Assembly (NCBI RefSeq): GCF_009914755.1
Contig: NC_060925.1
Strand: one strand, 5' to 3'
Source: the human T2T-CHM13v2.0 reference genome, Homo sapiens
DNA length: 64,000 bases
The number at the start of each line of letters is the position of its first letter. Position 1 is the stretch's first letter. This document shows, piece by piece, positions 35,601 to 50,875 of this stretch. The translations under genes and the position numbers were made by a program. The notes under the pieces were generated by a model, which did no database searches, was not told the DNA's origin, and saw only the letters and a list, made by a program, of their open reading frames with translations.

Positions 35601-36833
35601 CTGAGTACAAAAGAAAAGATAGGTAAATTGAATTATATTACAGTTTAAAATTCCTGTTTACCAAAGAGAGACTATTAAGAAAGAAAAAAGGCAAGCTGTA
35701 GAATGGCAGAGATTTTCATTACCTGTAACTAAGAAAGGACTTATATCTAAAATATATAAAGAACTCCAACAAATCAATAAGAAAAATCAAGGCAATCCAG
35801 TAGGATAGGCAAAAAAAAAAAAAAAAAACCATGAACTAACACTTCAGAGAAGAGGTTATGCAAATAGTCAATACATATATTAAAAAATGCTCAACTTTCT
35901 TAATAGTAATCAAGGTAATGCTAATCAGAACCATATTAGATGAAAGATTCAACCAAAAACAAAAAATACCCTCCTGGGATTAATAATCAATTATACCCAA
36001 GGTTGTTGAATGCAAGATTAATACGCAAAAGTCAATTGCTTCCCTATTTACCAGCAATGAACACGTGGAATTGAAATTAAAAACACAATACTTAGGCAAA
36101 AACCTAACAAAATATGTAGAAGAACTATATGAGGAAAACCCCAAAACTCTGATGAAAGAAATCAAGTAACTAAATAAAGGAGAAATATTCCATGTTCATG
36201 GGTAAGAAGATTCAATATCATCAAGATGTCAGTTTTTCCCAACTTGATCTAAAAATTCAATGCAATCCCAACCAAAACCCCAGAAAATTACTTTGGAGAT
36301 ATTGAGGAACTGATTCTAAAGCTAATATGGAGAAGCAAAAGACACAGAATAGCAAACACAATGTTGAAGAAGAAGAATAAAGTTGGGGGACTGATATCAA
36401 GACTTAGTATAAAGCTATCGTGATCAAGACAGTGTGGTACTGGCAACAGACATAAGAAATAGATCAATGGGACAGAATAGAGAGCCCAGCACCAGACCCA
36501 CATAAATACAGTCAACTGATCTTTGACAAAGGAGCAAAGATAACACAATGGAGAAAAAGATACACTTCCACACATGCTGCTGGAACAACTGGACATCCAC
36601 GTGCAAAAAATGAATTCAGAAGCAACCTTACATCCTTCCCAAAAATTAGCTCAAAATGGATTATAAGCCTAAATGTATGATGTAAAACTGTAAAACTCCT
36701 AGAAGGTAACATAGGAGAAATTTTAAATTTCCTTCAATTTGGTAATGATGTTTTAGATACAACACCAAAGACACAATCTATGAAATAAGGAATTGATAAA
36801 GTTCACCTCATAAATAGAGCCTCTCTCTCTCTC

Positions 36834-37133
36834 TTTTTTTTTTTTTTTTTTTGGAGACAGAGTCTTGCTGTGTCGCCTGGCTGGAGTGCAATTGCACAAT
36901 CTCTGCTCACTGCAACCTCCACTTCCTAGGTTCAAGCAATTCTCGTGCCTCAGCCTCCTAAGTAGCTGGGACTACAGGCACATGCCACCACACCCTGCTA
37001 CTTGTTTGCATTTTAGTAGAGACAGGGTTTCGCCATGTTGCCCAGGCTGGTCTCAAACTCCTGAGCTCAGGCAATCCGTCCACCTCAGCCTTCCAAAATG
37101 CTAAGATTATAGGCATAAGCCACCATGCCTGGC
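36834..37133 (-). mobile_element. Alu (S/Jb-like) nested in L1
   Basis: antisense dimer. Confidence 0.95.
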
Positions 37134-37297
37134 TTTGTAAACTGCACTTCATTAAGATTAAAATTATCTGCTCTGTAAGAGACACTGTCAAGAGAATGAA
37201 AAGACAAGACAAAGACTGGGAGAAAATGTTTGCAAAAGACACATCTGATAAAGAACTGTTATCTAATATATAAGAAGAACTATTAAAACTCTACAGT

Positions 37298-37952
<655 letters not shown>

Positions 37953-38904
37953 TCAATTTTAAAATGAGCCAAAGACTTTAACAGACATCTCATCAAGGAA
38001 GATATACAGTTGGCAAACAAGCATATGAAAAGATGCTCAACATCCTATGTCATCAATGAAATACTAATTAAAACAATGAGAAACCACTATACATGTATTA
38101 GAAGGACCAAAATCCAGAACGAGGATACCACCAAATGCTGGTGGGGATGTGAAGCAACAAGAACTCTCATTCATTGCTGCTGGGAATGCAAAATGGCACA
38201 ACCACTTTGGAAGACAGCTTGGCAGTTTTTTAAATAAAACTAAACATACTCTTACCATATGATACAGCAATTACACTTCTTGTTATTTACCCAAAAGAGC
38301 TGAAAACTTATGTCCACACAAAAACCTGCATGCTGATGTTTATAGCAGCTTTATCCATAACTGCCATAATTTGGAAGCAACAAAAATGTCCTTCAGTAGG
38401 TGAATAGATAAACTAGTACAACCAGACAATGAAATATTACTCTTCACTAAAAAGAAATGAACTATCAAGCCATAAAAAGATGGGAGGAAATGTAAATGCA
38501 CATAAGTAAGTGAAAGAAGCCACTCTGAAAAGGCTGCATACTGTATGATTCCAACTATATGGCATTCTGGAAAAGGCAAAAGGTATGGAAACAGTCAAAA
38601 GATCAATGGTAGCCAGAAGTTAGGGAGTGAGGGAGTGATGAATAGGTGAAGCACAGATTTTTAGGGCAGTGAAACTACTCCACATCACACTACAATGGTG
38701 AATACATATATTTCATACATGTCCAAATTCAGAATGTACAACACCAAGTGTGAACCTAAACATAGAGACTATGGACTTTGGATAATAAAGACGTGTCAGT
38801 GTAGGTTCATCACTTGTAACAAATATATCACTCTGGTAGGAGATGCTGATATTGGGAAAGGCTATGCACTAAAATTGTTCTAAAAAATAAAATCTGTTAA
38901 AAAA

Positions 38905-38907
<3 letters not shown>

Positions 38908-38941
<34 letters not shown>
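38908..38941. repeat. (CA)n microsatellite
   Basis: seen directly. Confidence 0.95.
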
Positions 38942-38943
<2 letters not shown>

Positions 38944-39461
38944 TACCACTAGAAAACCCTCAGAATTACTTAAATTAAAAGGACCAACAATACCAAATGT
39001 CAGCAAGGATGTGCAACAACAGCAATTCTTGTGGACCTCTGGTGGACGTGTAAATTGGTTGAGTCATTTTGGGAAACACTTTGATATTATCTACTAACAT
39101 TGACAAACAAACATTCTGTGACTCAGCAGTTCCACTCCTTGGTGTATATCTAACAGAAATATGTGCACATGTATACGAAGAGACATGTAAGAGAATGTTT
39201 CTAGCCACATTATTCACAACAGCTCAGAACTGGAAACAATCTCAATGTCCACCAGTGGTGGAATGGCTAAATAACTCTTGGTATATTCATATAACAGAAT
39301 ACAATAAAAATGAATAAATTAATTATGCATAAAACATGGGTGAATCTCAAAAATACAGTGTTGAACAGAAGCCAGACAAAAATTATCCCAAACTAAGGGA
39401 TTCCACTTAAATTTTTTAAAAAATAGAAAACTAAACTAAAGTGTTTAGGAATAAATAATTA

Positions 39462-39996
<535 letters not shown>

Positions 39997-40054
39997 AGAA
40001 TTGGGATAGTGGTTATCTTTTCAGCAGAAGGAAAATGTAGCTATTGGGAGGCGG

Positions 40055-40508
40055 TATGGTAGATTTGTACTGTGTCCACTTAGCTTAGCTGTAACTAACT
40101 ATTTTATCCAGAATTTTCTTCCATGCAATTCTAAGTTAGCATAGGCTACCTGAACCTCGGTATAATACAGAAGGCAGAAGTGAAATAGCAGCCATGTGTT
40201 TTTGTGCACAAAAGGCAGGTGCAAAGTACTGTTGCATTTAGTGGATGTTGTCCCCAATTTCCTGAATCACTTGGGAATGAGGCAATCTCTGCTCTTACAA
40301 CTACCCAAGACCTTCTTCTTCAGCTTTTCCAACTTCTGGGCCAGATTGCCTGCCCTGCTCATTTCAGAGCCAGCATAAGACCCAGAAGCAACAGCTGTAT
40401 ATAAACTGTTCACCAAGCCACCACGATTGTGTAAGGTGAAACCCTCATAAGAAATCCCACATTCTGTAGCAGCCCTCACTGTTTCCTCTGACGGAAACTG
40501 ATTGGTAA
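40055..40508 (+). mobile_element. ERVL LTR (MLT2-family-like)
   Basis: tggtagatttgtactgtgtccacttagcttagctg start; MLT2-like 3' end. Confidence 0.55.
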
Positions 40509-41129
40509 ACAAGGGGCATGGAAGAGGCCTCCTGGCCACTGGGAACATTCTGTTTCTTGACTTGCTGATGGCTACAGTGATGTTCCCTTGGTGATGATAA
40601 ATAAAGCTTTACATCTGTGTTTTGTTCAATTATCTGTAGCTATGCTATATTTACCAATGAAAGTTAAAAAAAAAACTCAAAACTACATGTTACAAGCATT
40701 AAAAATAGAACAAAACTGCTCTCATGACCTGATGTTTAGAATTACTGCATGTTGTGCCTTTAAAAAAATACACTAGTTTCTCCTATTAATTTTGTGTTTC
40801 ATTTCTAAATAATGAGCTATGAGAGAAGGATGAAGGCTGCTAAAGAGTTACTTGGTGATGTCCTAAACTGGACTGGTTTGGGGCCAGGCAAAAAATGTCA
40901 TGTGACATTTCATTCCTCTTGGCATTTGAGTGGTACTTAATACACATAGTTGTTGTGAAGATTAAATGAGTTAATATATTAAAAATGCTCGATGTCCTAC
41001 CCATAGGAAGCAGTAGTCAAGTGCTTGCCATTATCATTATTCTTAATGTTGTTGTTAGTATTATGTCCTCTCGCATCAATAGATAAGAAAAACATAAAAA
41101 TTGTATAGATGCTGCATATCAACGAAGGC

Positions 41130-41812
41130 AATGATTCTCAAATAGCTGAACACTGGAATCACAAGGAGAAATTTCACAAAATCACACTTCCTGTGTGTTG
41201 GGGGGAGGGGGGGTGAGGGGATGTACAGAATAATTTCTCCCAAATATGTCTACATCTAATCCCCAGAATCTGTGCATTTACCTCACACGGAAAAGGGGGC
41301 TTTGCAGATTGATTAAATTAAGCATTTTGAGGTGGGGAGATTATCCTGGATTAGTCAGGTGAGCCCAAGGTAATCCCAAAAGTGTTGAGAAGGAGGAGAG
41401 AGTTAAAGTCAATCAATAGAGATTTGGTGACAGAAGGAAGGGTTGGAGTGAGGTGCTTTGAAGCTAGGAGAAACCACACAGGAATGTGGGCTCCCTCTAA
41501 AGCTGGAGAAGCAAGAAAACAGATTCTCCCTGGAGCCTCCAGCAGGAACGTGGTCCTGCCCATACCCTGAGTTTAGCCCCAGGACAATCATTTCAGACTT
41601 CTGGCCTCGAGAATTCTAGGATAATAAGTTCATGTTTTATTAAGCCATTAAGATTGTGTTATTTTTTATAGCAGCAGGAAAAAACTAATGGGGGCCGGGG
41701 ATTAGAGTTACATTTCAATCTCAGGGAAGAGGTATAGGCATCATTTTTGTTGTTACTGTTTTAATCTCTCCAGGTGAGGGCTCCTCACTTACTGCCAGGG
41801 TTAAGAAGTACT
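41130..41812. mobile_element. MER5A-like hAT relic split by an MLT1 LTR
   Basis: caatgattctcaaa...gaatcac and ccaggtga...gccagggttaagaagtactg ends. Confidence 0.55.
41220..41690 (+). mobile_element. MLT1D/C-like LTR
   Basis: ctaatccccagaatctgtg...ggagattatcctggatta...aaacagattctccc...taagccattaag. Confidence 0.85.
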
Positions 41813-42629
41813 GAACTAGGAGGGTGAAGGAGAGGGTCAAATATTTTAAGACCAAAGGAGGTGCATGTCATCACTGGGTACCTCTGTGTAACAGAGAAAT
41901 TCAAGACTACAGAGTAAGGGATATTATTTTTTAATACTGGGGCGAAATAAGGAATAAATATTAACCAGACCCTGAGTGCTTGAACAGAGCGGCCAAGAGT
42001 CTCCTAGTTCCCAGTGAAGATTAAGTAATTTATCTGCTGTCACACAGCTTGTGAGTTGGAACAGGCTGGACAATGAACCTTGGCTATACACCTTGTGTTA
42101 TTTAATTTATTTATATGTTTGAGTGCTTTGCTTTGTTCTTTTGTTTTCAGCGAAACTACATTATAAACCTTTTGAAAGCAGGGAAATTGTATACTTTTAG
42201 AAATCTGATGAAATTGAGTTACTGAATTAAATCTAGCAGCGGATTCAATATTGGCCATAAAACCCTGGCTATCTTTATTCTATAATATCCTGAAACCCCA
42301 TCTGCTATTTAATTCAGCCCAATTTTGAGGCCAAGCCCACCCACCTGTCTGTGTGTGGCCTCAATATTTTCTGCCATATCTTATTATATTTTAGGATGAC
42401 ATAATTAGATTTAGTCTACCAGATTTTACTCCCACCAAGCTGGCAACAGTTCATAATAATTACCAATTGATAATAATCACCAATGATAATTTTTACATGA
42501 GACAAAAAAAAGTCTAAACTATATAGGACAAAGCATGTACTTTCAATGTAAGCCAGGTATCAGAAAAGACAAGTTATATACTTTGGCCGGCATATCTGGT
42601 ATAAAACAAGAACATTTTCCCCCAGGGCA

Positions 42630-42950
42630 CTTCTCCACTTCCTTCAGATCTCTGTTCAAATGTCACCTTATAAGAGAATCCTTATGTGACCATCTCTATT
42701 TGAAACGGCACCTTCCACACCTGCCTCTTCACATGCACCCATAAGCTTTCCGTCCTTCTTACTTGTCCTTTATAGTACTTAGCACCAGTCCATAACATCA
42801 TTTACTTATTTTTCTTCTTATCTGTTACTCCTCCCTAGAAGACAAGCTCTCTGAGAGTAGGAACTCTAGTTAGGTCATGCGCTATGTCTCCAAGGTCTAG
42901 AACAGTGCCTGCATAGAGTAGGCACCTGTAATTATCAGCAGAATGGCAGC
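42630..42950 (+). mobile_element. L2 3' region
   Basis: tcagatctctgttcaaatgtcacct...ctagaacagtgcctgcatagagtaggcac. Confidence 0.8.
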
Positions 42951-42959
42951 TAGATATAC

Positions 42960-43120
42960 GTGATGTAGCGGGAACATCACCAGGCCTGGAATTAGGACAT
43001 CACTGTTCATTGTCCAGCCTGTTCTGACTCGCAAGCTGTGTGACAGCAGAGAAGTTACTTAAACTTCCTGATCCTCAGTTTTCTTATCTGGAAATAGGAG
43101 TGTCACCCACCCTGTTTACC
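42960..43120 (+). mobile_element. MIR
   Basis: agctgtgtgac...aagttacttaaacttcctgatcctcagttttcttatctg. Confidence 0.75.
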
Positions 43121-43358
43121 TCAGTGTCTTAAAAACCACAAAGTGATGTACTGATCTCATGTGTTTTTTTCTTGTATGTGGTATGGTGTGGCTGCTCATT
43201 TAGAGCTGTCCTGTCGCATGACTTTTGTCCTATAACCATTGCATTACGGTTGAAGAAACGGGAAATGAAATTATTTGTGTGTCACTAGTTAGCCATTTAC
43301 ACTGTATTTTTGTGGTGAGTAAAGGCAGTGGAGAGGGAAGAACAGAGAGACAATCTGA

Positions 43359-43680
<322 letters not shown>

Positions 43681-44374
43681 TAGACAGTCTTTTAACTCAG
43701 CAACACATCCACCACCTGTAATGAGGGCTATAGAACTCCCAGCCTCTTCAGCTCCCCTGCCTGTTCCCCCTTTCCTAGGCTAACCAAAAACTGAATATGC
43801 CTACCAGTCACCTCTTCAAAAGCTATGTTATCAGCAGCCAAATTGATTATCAAGTGTTAAATAACACATAGAAAAAAAGTACAATATTGGGTCTTTGGAG
43901 TTTGATGCCTGTGGTGAGCTCCATATTATGGAGAACATCCTTATTCATTATCTTCTCAATGGCTTTTGCTTTCTTTCAGGGAGGTATTTATTATTACAGT
44001 GACAGAAGGACGAAACAAAGCTATAATTTTGTACAGCATACAGGAGGCTATTTCTTATGTTATTCTTCTTTGTAGCTTTCTATTATAACAATTTTTCTCA
44101 TTTCATTCCTTAATAGAACAATTCAACATATGGGAAAGGCAATTCAGTGTGGTTTGTCTCTTGAATCATATTATTCTGTTTGAAAGCTGAATACTCGGAT
44201 TATCTTATTTTGGTAACTCATTGAACTACATTTACTAAATTTTACTTCAGCTTTGTTGAACCTAAATTGAAGGACATTGTAATAAACAGCCAAACAGAAC
44301 CTGCTGTTTTACTTAATACAGGGATACAATGGTGATTACACCATCCCTAGATCACTCAGAGTCTTTTTAAAAAT

Positions 44375-44662
44375 TATTATTATTATTTTTTGAAACAAGG
44401 TCTCACTTTGTTGCTCAGCCTGGGGTGCAGTGGCACCATCATAGCTTACTGCAGCCTGCTGGGCTCAAACAATCCTTCTGCCTCTGCTCCCAAGCCTGGG
44501 ACTAAGGGGACGGGCTACCATGCCTGGGTAATTTTTTTATTTTGTAGAAGCAGAATCTCACTTTGTTGCTGAGGGTGGTCTCAAACGCCTGTCCTCAAGT
44601 GACCCTGCTGCCTCGGCCTCCCAAAGTGCTGGGATTACAGACACGAGCCACCCCACCTGGCC
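44375..44662 (-). mobile_element. AluJ
   Basis: diverged antisense dimer. Confidence 0.9.
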
Positions 44663-45029
44663 AACTCAGAGTCTTCACAAAAACTCAAGAATCCTCCCTT
44701 GGGTCTCAGGGTTAAGAAATGTTGTGCTTTGTCTAGAGAACTAATCTGCTTTGATCTTGTGGACACCATAATTACTATAACTGGATGTTGTTTCCTCTTT
44801 TCTCTGAAAACTTAGAAAATGCAGAGCCAAATTCGTATCTTCCCCTCAGCAATGCTTTTAGAACACGATTATGTTTTACATTCTTGCACAGATATTCCTC
44901 TGGCCCAGATTGCACAAGTAATTTATTATATTCTTTTGTATTACACGCACTTTTGTAAATTAACATAGTTTTTTGGGGATAAGGTTTATATGGATGGATG
45001 AGTACGTATATATTTATATATACACACAT

Positions 45030-45345
45030 TTTAATAGGCTTTATTTTTCAGAGCAGTTATAGGTTCACAGCAAAATAGAGCAGAGGAAGTACAGAGATTT
45101 TTCCATTTACTCCTACCCCCACACATGCATAGCCCCCATTATCATAAACATCCCCCACCAGAGTGTACATTTGTTATGATTGATGAACCTATATTGATGC
45201 ATCATTATCACCCAGAGTCCACAGCATACATTAGGGTTCACTCTTGGTGTTGTACATTCTATGGGTTTGCACCAATGTATGAGAACATGTATCCACCATT
45301 ATAGTATCATACAGAGTAGTTTAACTGCCCTAAACATTATCTGGA
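45030..45345 (-). mobile_element. L1M 3' end fragment
   Basis: agagcagttataggttcacagcaaaat...cattagggttcactcttggtgttgtacattct. Confidence 0.85.
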
Positions 45346-45349
45346 TTTC

Positions 45350-45482
45350 TTCTTTTTTTTTTTTTTTTTAGAGATAAGGTCTCACTGTGTTGCCCCCAGT
45401 CTGGTCTTGAACTCTTGGCCTCAAGCAATCCTGCTGCCTCTGAATCCAAAAGTGCTGGGATTACAGATGCCAGCCACTACAC
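45350..45482 (-). mobile_element. Alu monomer (FLAM)
   Basis: poly-T plus antisense left arm. Confidence 0.85.
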
Positions 45483-45660
45483 CAAAAACCACAATTTTTT
45501 TTCCAAATTTTATTCTAAGTTTCCAGCTTCTTTTCATGAATGATCGTGTCTGAATAAGCTTCCTTTCATGAATGATTGTGTCAGCTTCTCTCAAAGCTGA
45601 CCCATTTTTTATAAAGTACAACCAAAATAAAAGAAAGTCTACTTGAAAATCCAAATTTCA

Positions 45661-45987
<327 letters not shown>

Positions 45988-46932
45988 TTACTTGCCACTG
46001 AAGAAGTAATAAGAAGTCTCTTTACAAAATGAGACTCATAAAACCTCAAGAGTTTTCAAAAATAAACTCAGATATTTCAACATAAATAAGCATACAGAGT
46101 AAACGGATAAGATTTCAAAACCTTTTCATTACTAATATGATAAGCCAAAAAAAAAAAAAAAAGAACTTGGGGAATGAATAACATTTGTCATAACACAATG
46201 AATTCTTCTTTGTTAATGCAATCCCCCTGAATTATTTTGAAAGACATATAATCAATAAAGGAGAATGTGTTATTACTAAGTCACTTAGGAGGGCTATAAT
46301 AAATATGCAACCATTAGAAAATACCCCAAAATAAATATTTTATTATGTTTCTAGGAGTAAGTTTCCTTTAGATATATTTGTTATTACATAAGAATTTTCT
46401 GGAGTTTGGGCTGCTATGTTGAAAACCTAACCATGCAATTTATCTACTCTTTAAAAATATAGGAAGGGTTATGAAACTTCTAAATTTTTCTCAATTAAAA
46501 TATCAAAATTGTCTGTTGATTGATACTGAAGAGGGAGAAAGTTAATCTGCTTTCAGACACTTAAAATATCAAAGTCTCACCCCTTTCCAATTTCTTCCCC
46601 TACCCCATCTATTTCAAAGAGTACCATATCTTTCTAGATTCTAGAACATCAGTATAGAATGCCATCGTGAATTCCAAATATCATTTTCTTTAACCCTCCT
46701 TTAAAGACACTCCCTCTATTTCCCCCACACAGCATGACTTATACCAAAATCAACTCATTTATTCCTCTTATTCCTCTACCCCTCCCCATACCTCATCTCT
46801 GGCCAAAGGAGTAATTTAAATTTTGCTCCTGGGTTAATTGTCATGGATCAGCATTCTGACCTTCAATTCTTTACTATTCCACCTCAATATTATCTTAGCT
46901 GCCTTGGAACTCAGTAAATTTACTTTCCTAAG

Positions 46933-47404
46933 TGTATTAACCAGGGTTCTCCTGAGAAACAGAATCCCAAAGGTCCTATGGAAAGAGATTTATTATGACA
47001 GATTGGTTCATGCAATTATGGAAGCTGAGAATCTGCATCTGTGAGCTGGAAACCCAGGAAAGCTACTGGTGTAGTTCCCATCCAGCTTTGGAGGCCTGAG
47101 ATCACTAAGGGCAATGGTATAAGTCCCAATTAAGAGACCAAAGGTCCATGAGCTAGGAGTGCTGATGTCCCAGTTCAAGCAGAGAGGGAATTGCCCTTCT
47201 TCTGCATTTTTGTTCTATATCAGCCCTCAAAGGATTGAAAAATGTCAATTCACATTGGTGTGGGTGATCTTTACTTAGTCTACTGATTCAAATGCTAATT
47301 TCTTAAGAAAACTCGCCCATAGATATACCCAGAAATAATGGTTTCCTAGTTATCTGGGTATCCCTTAGTCCAGTCCAGTTGACATATTAAAATTAACCAT
47401 CGCA
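46933..47404 (-). mobile_element. MLT2 (ERVL) solo LTR
   Basis: tgtattaaccagggttctcc...gttgacatattaaaattaaccatcgca. Confidence 0.85.
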
Positions 47405-48069
47405 CTGAGTACTGAAAACTAATGAACACCGTGCTAAATGTATGCATCTCTAGAAGATCTTTGAAGTTCATTTTGATGAATAGTAAAGAAATAAAATTAA
47501 TAACACCAAAATCAATGGTATTAGCTTGAATACTACAGACTTAATTCCATTTGCCCTTGATTGAATCAGAGGGATTATGATAATCACTCCGATATTATGC
47601 TACTACTTATAAATCATTGCTTTTCCATGGTGTCACTTTTTAAATGGCTCATTTCCGCTTAAAAATTTTTTTGTGATTTGTACGCTATGCCTGGTACACA
47701 GTAGGCACTTGATAATATTTGTTATTTGATTTTAATTTCATGATTGCTATAACTAATTCTATTCCAATATGCCAGATGCTCTTCCTATTAGCACTCATTG
47801 GCAAAACTGAATCATGAATGACTCCAGTATAACAAGCAAATTGTATATAAATCACATAAGAAAAAAACAGACATTGCATTTAGGATAAAATAAATGCACT
47901 TACATTTTTCTTTTCTCTGAGGTTTTACTTTCCAAAATTATAAACTACAAATTTGCCTAAATTTCTAAAAATTGGGTCACTAAAAATGTAGACATAAATT
48001 AACGTGGTTCTTTTGGTTTTGCCGTATCCAACTATCTCAACAGGATTTTACCAAGATAAAATCTGAACC

Positions 48070-48260
48070 AGTGATTCCATTGGCTGCATTAGAACCAGCT
48101 GAGAACTGGGTTTTTTAAAAACACAATACGTATTTTCAGGCCCAATCCTCTAAAAACGCTGATTCAGCTGTGTCTGGTGTGGTGCTAGTGCATCTTTATT
48201 ACATTAAAGATATCAAGGGGGTTATGACGTGCAGACAGCTTTAGGTGGTTAGGACCAACT
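48070..48260. mobile_element. MER5-like hAT relic
   Basis: ggctgcattagaaccagctg...ctgattcag...tgcatcttt. Confidence 0.5.
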
Positions 48261-48486
48261 TAGCTTATTACATAACATGCGATCAAATTCTAAATGAGTC
48301 AACATGCAGACGTTCTAAAAAACAACAATCACATTTTTTCTTCATTTGATTATCTACTGTGTTAATGTAATGCCTTGCTCACTCTAAGAGCTTAATCTGT
48401 GCTTATTGACAGATTGACTATAGCGAGAAATACCCGCTCAATTATATCTTATCCAATTCAGTTGTATTCCGTAAAAGACTAAGGAA

Positions 48487-48788
<302 letters not shown>

Positions 48789-49484
48789 GGACTAAGAAAA
48801 ACGTCTCTATAATAGTCAGACTTTTGTTTGACAAATGGGGTTGTAAAGAAATATAAATCTTTAAGGCTACTCCTAAGGTCTAAGAGCTTTCTCACCAAAG
48901 TGATGCCATATAGACTGAGTCAAATCCACTGGGGATAAATTATAAGCATGAATTCAGGGTTGAGAAGAGAAAACGCGGGTGTCATGGATGGCAAAGCTGG
49001 AATGAAGGCTTCTGCAATGCCTTTACTCCATTTCTTATTACTAAAATCATGATAAATCAAAAAATAATAATAAAAAATAAAAAACTCGACAAGGGAACTT
49101 GGGGAATGAATCACATTTGTCATAACCTTACAGTTCTACGTCAGTATGCTTGAGCACTGGGACTGAACTAATGGACCTGAGTTACAATGTTCTACTGTGT
49201 TCTGGTGGGCTTTGGTATGGAGTCATTGTGGTCAAAGCTAAGCTTATTTAACTTTTGTCATTGGGATGAGATCTTGAGACCAACTTCTGTCAACAACTGA
49301 GCAATGTTCCTCAGTGACATACTTAAATATTCAACAAAGGTGACCCATATTTTCATCTCAGGAATTCAGGTTATCTTCATGGATCACAGAAAACTGAGCT
49401 GGAAAGGAGAGCTTTATTATTGTGCTTCCAGATTTGTTCCACGATGATTCAACTGATTCTGTAAAGACCTATCTGCAGTATTAG

Positions 49485-50470
49485 TCACTTATTCAATAAA
49501 CATTCACTGAACTACTTTAGGCCAGAAACTATGCTAAAGTGGAAGAAACTATTATAAACATTGAACATGAGCTTTTTTGTAGCTAATCAACCACAGAAGG
49601 TGAAGATGTGTAAATAAATCATCATAATACATGAAGTCATAAAGGAGGAATCTGAAAGTATTATATTATTGCCTCATACACAGCAATCAACTGTTTGGGG
49701 GCTTGGGGAGGGTGCTGAGTAAGGCAATGGGTACTGAGCAAGGCAATGGGAAGGGGGCTAGTGGGTTGGGAATGTGGTGTCTTGAGACACACACTGAGAT
49801 GTACTTTCAAATGAAGTCTGGAACTGCAGATATATTTAGCGAGTTGAGACTGGCAAGGGCAGGACGTCATAGAGAAAATACATGGAATAAAATGAGAAAA
49901 AGAGAAGTGGGGAAAGTGATAGGGCAGAAAACTCTAAGAAATTTCTGACATGCAAGGAAAAGAAATTTCTGACATAGAGAAAATACATGGAATAAAATGA
50001 GAAAAAGAGAAGTGGGGAAAGTGATAGGGCAGAAAACTCTAAGAAATTTCTGACATACATGGAATAAAATGAGAAAAAGAGAAGTGGGGAAAGTGATAGG
50101 GCAGAAAACTCTAAGAAATTTCTGACATGCAAGGAAAAGATGAAACAAAAAGAGGTAGTGAAAAAGCCTGGGGATGAGTGTGGGCAAGACAGGTGTTGGG
50201 CAAAAAGAGAACCAGAGAGACAATAACTCACAGGGATGAGGAAAGAGCGGGTTTCAAGAAGGAATGAATGGTTAACACTTGTTAATTTTCCAAGGTCAAA
50301 TATGTAAGAGCAGAAAGCTGTCCTTTAAGTTCTGAGAACTAAGAGGAGTGGAGTGACCTAAAAAGCGAGTGGTGGGAGCAGAAGTAAGCTGCAGGGACCC
50401 AGGAGGAGCAACAGGAGGTGAGGAAGCAGAGATATCAACTCCTCCAAGCTGTTCTACCATAAACAGAAAG
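49485..50470 (-). mobile_element. L2 fragments
   Basis: cacttattcaataaacattcactgaactact (antisense L2 3' end) and purine-rich body. Confidence 0.6.
49868..50140. repeat. Complex perfect tandem triplication (72-nt core x3)
   Basis: identical 72-mers at 49879-49950, 49984-50055 and 50056-50127. Confidence 0.95.
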
Positions 50471-50659
50471 AAAGATACGGGATTGCAAGAGTGATGGGCA
50501 GATAAGATGCAGAGAGTGGGTTCTTTTTTTCTTCCTTTTGTTTTGGAACAGAGGTGGAGGTGGCAGCCTTCCTTTTTCTCATCAAAAGAATTGTTAAACA
50601 GAGGTTCCCAGAAAGTCTGTGCACAGTGGAGATGCCGAATACCATAAAGTACTGAAAGA

Positions 50660-50875
50660 AGAAGCATCAGATAGTAGAGAGAACAAAGTTGGAACGACCT
50701 GGCTTCAAATCCTGAGTGGCTCCTTTGCTAGCCGTGTGACTGAGCACATTACTCAGCCTTTGCAAGAGTCAGTTTCCCTGTGGATATCCTCAGAACAAAA
50801 TATTCCTCCCAAGTTTATGGGAAGATTAAATAAATTAAGGTACATACAGTGCCTATGGTACCAGCCAATTAGAGA
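50660..50875 (+). mobile_element. MIR
   Basis: acctggcttcaaatcctg...ctagccgtgtgactgagcac...tcagtttccc. Confidence 0.7.

Noticed and set aside
43960-44075. Strong-looking intergenic splice acceptor (ttttgctttctttcag) and 62-aa ORF
   Set aside because: No convincing partner donor or exon chain and no recognisable peptide.
49868-50140. CRISPR-like repeat array
   Set aside because: Eukaryotic DNA; the repeats are adjacent or separated by shards of the same sequence, with no unique spacers and no cas genes.
49836-50231. Repetitive hydrophobic ORFs on the minus strand
   Set aside because: A by-product of the duplication whose spacings (105 and 72) are multiples of 3, on a pyrimidine-rich strand.
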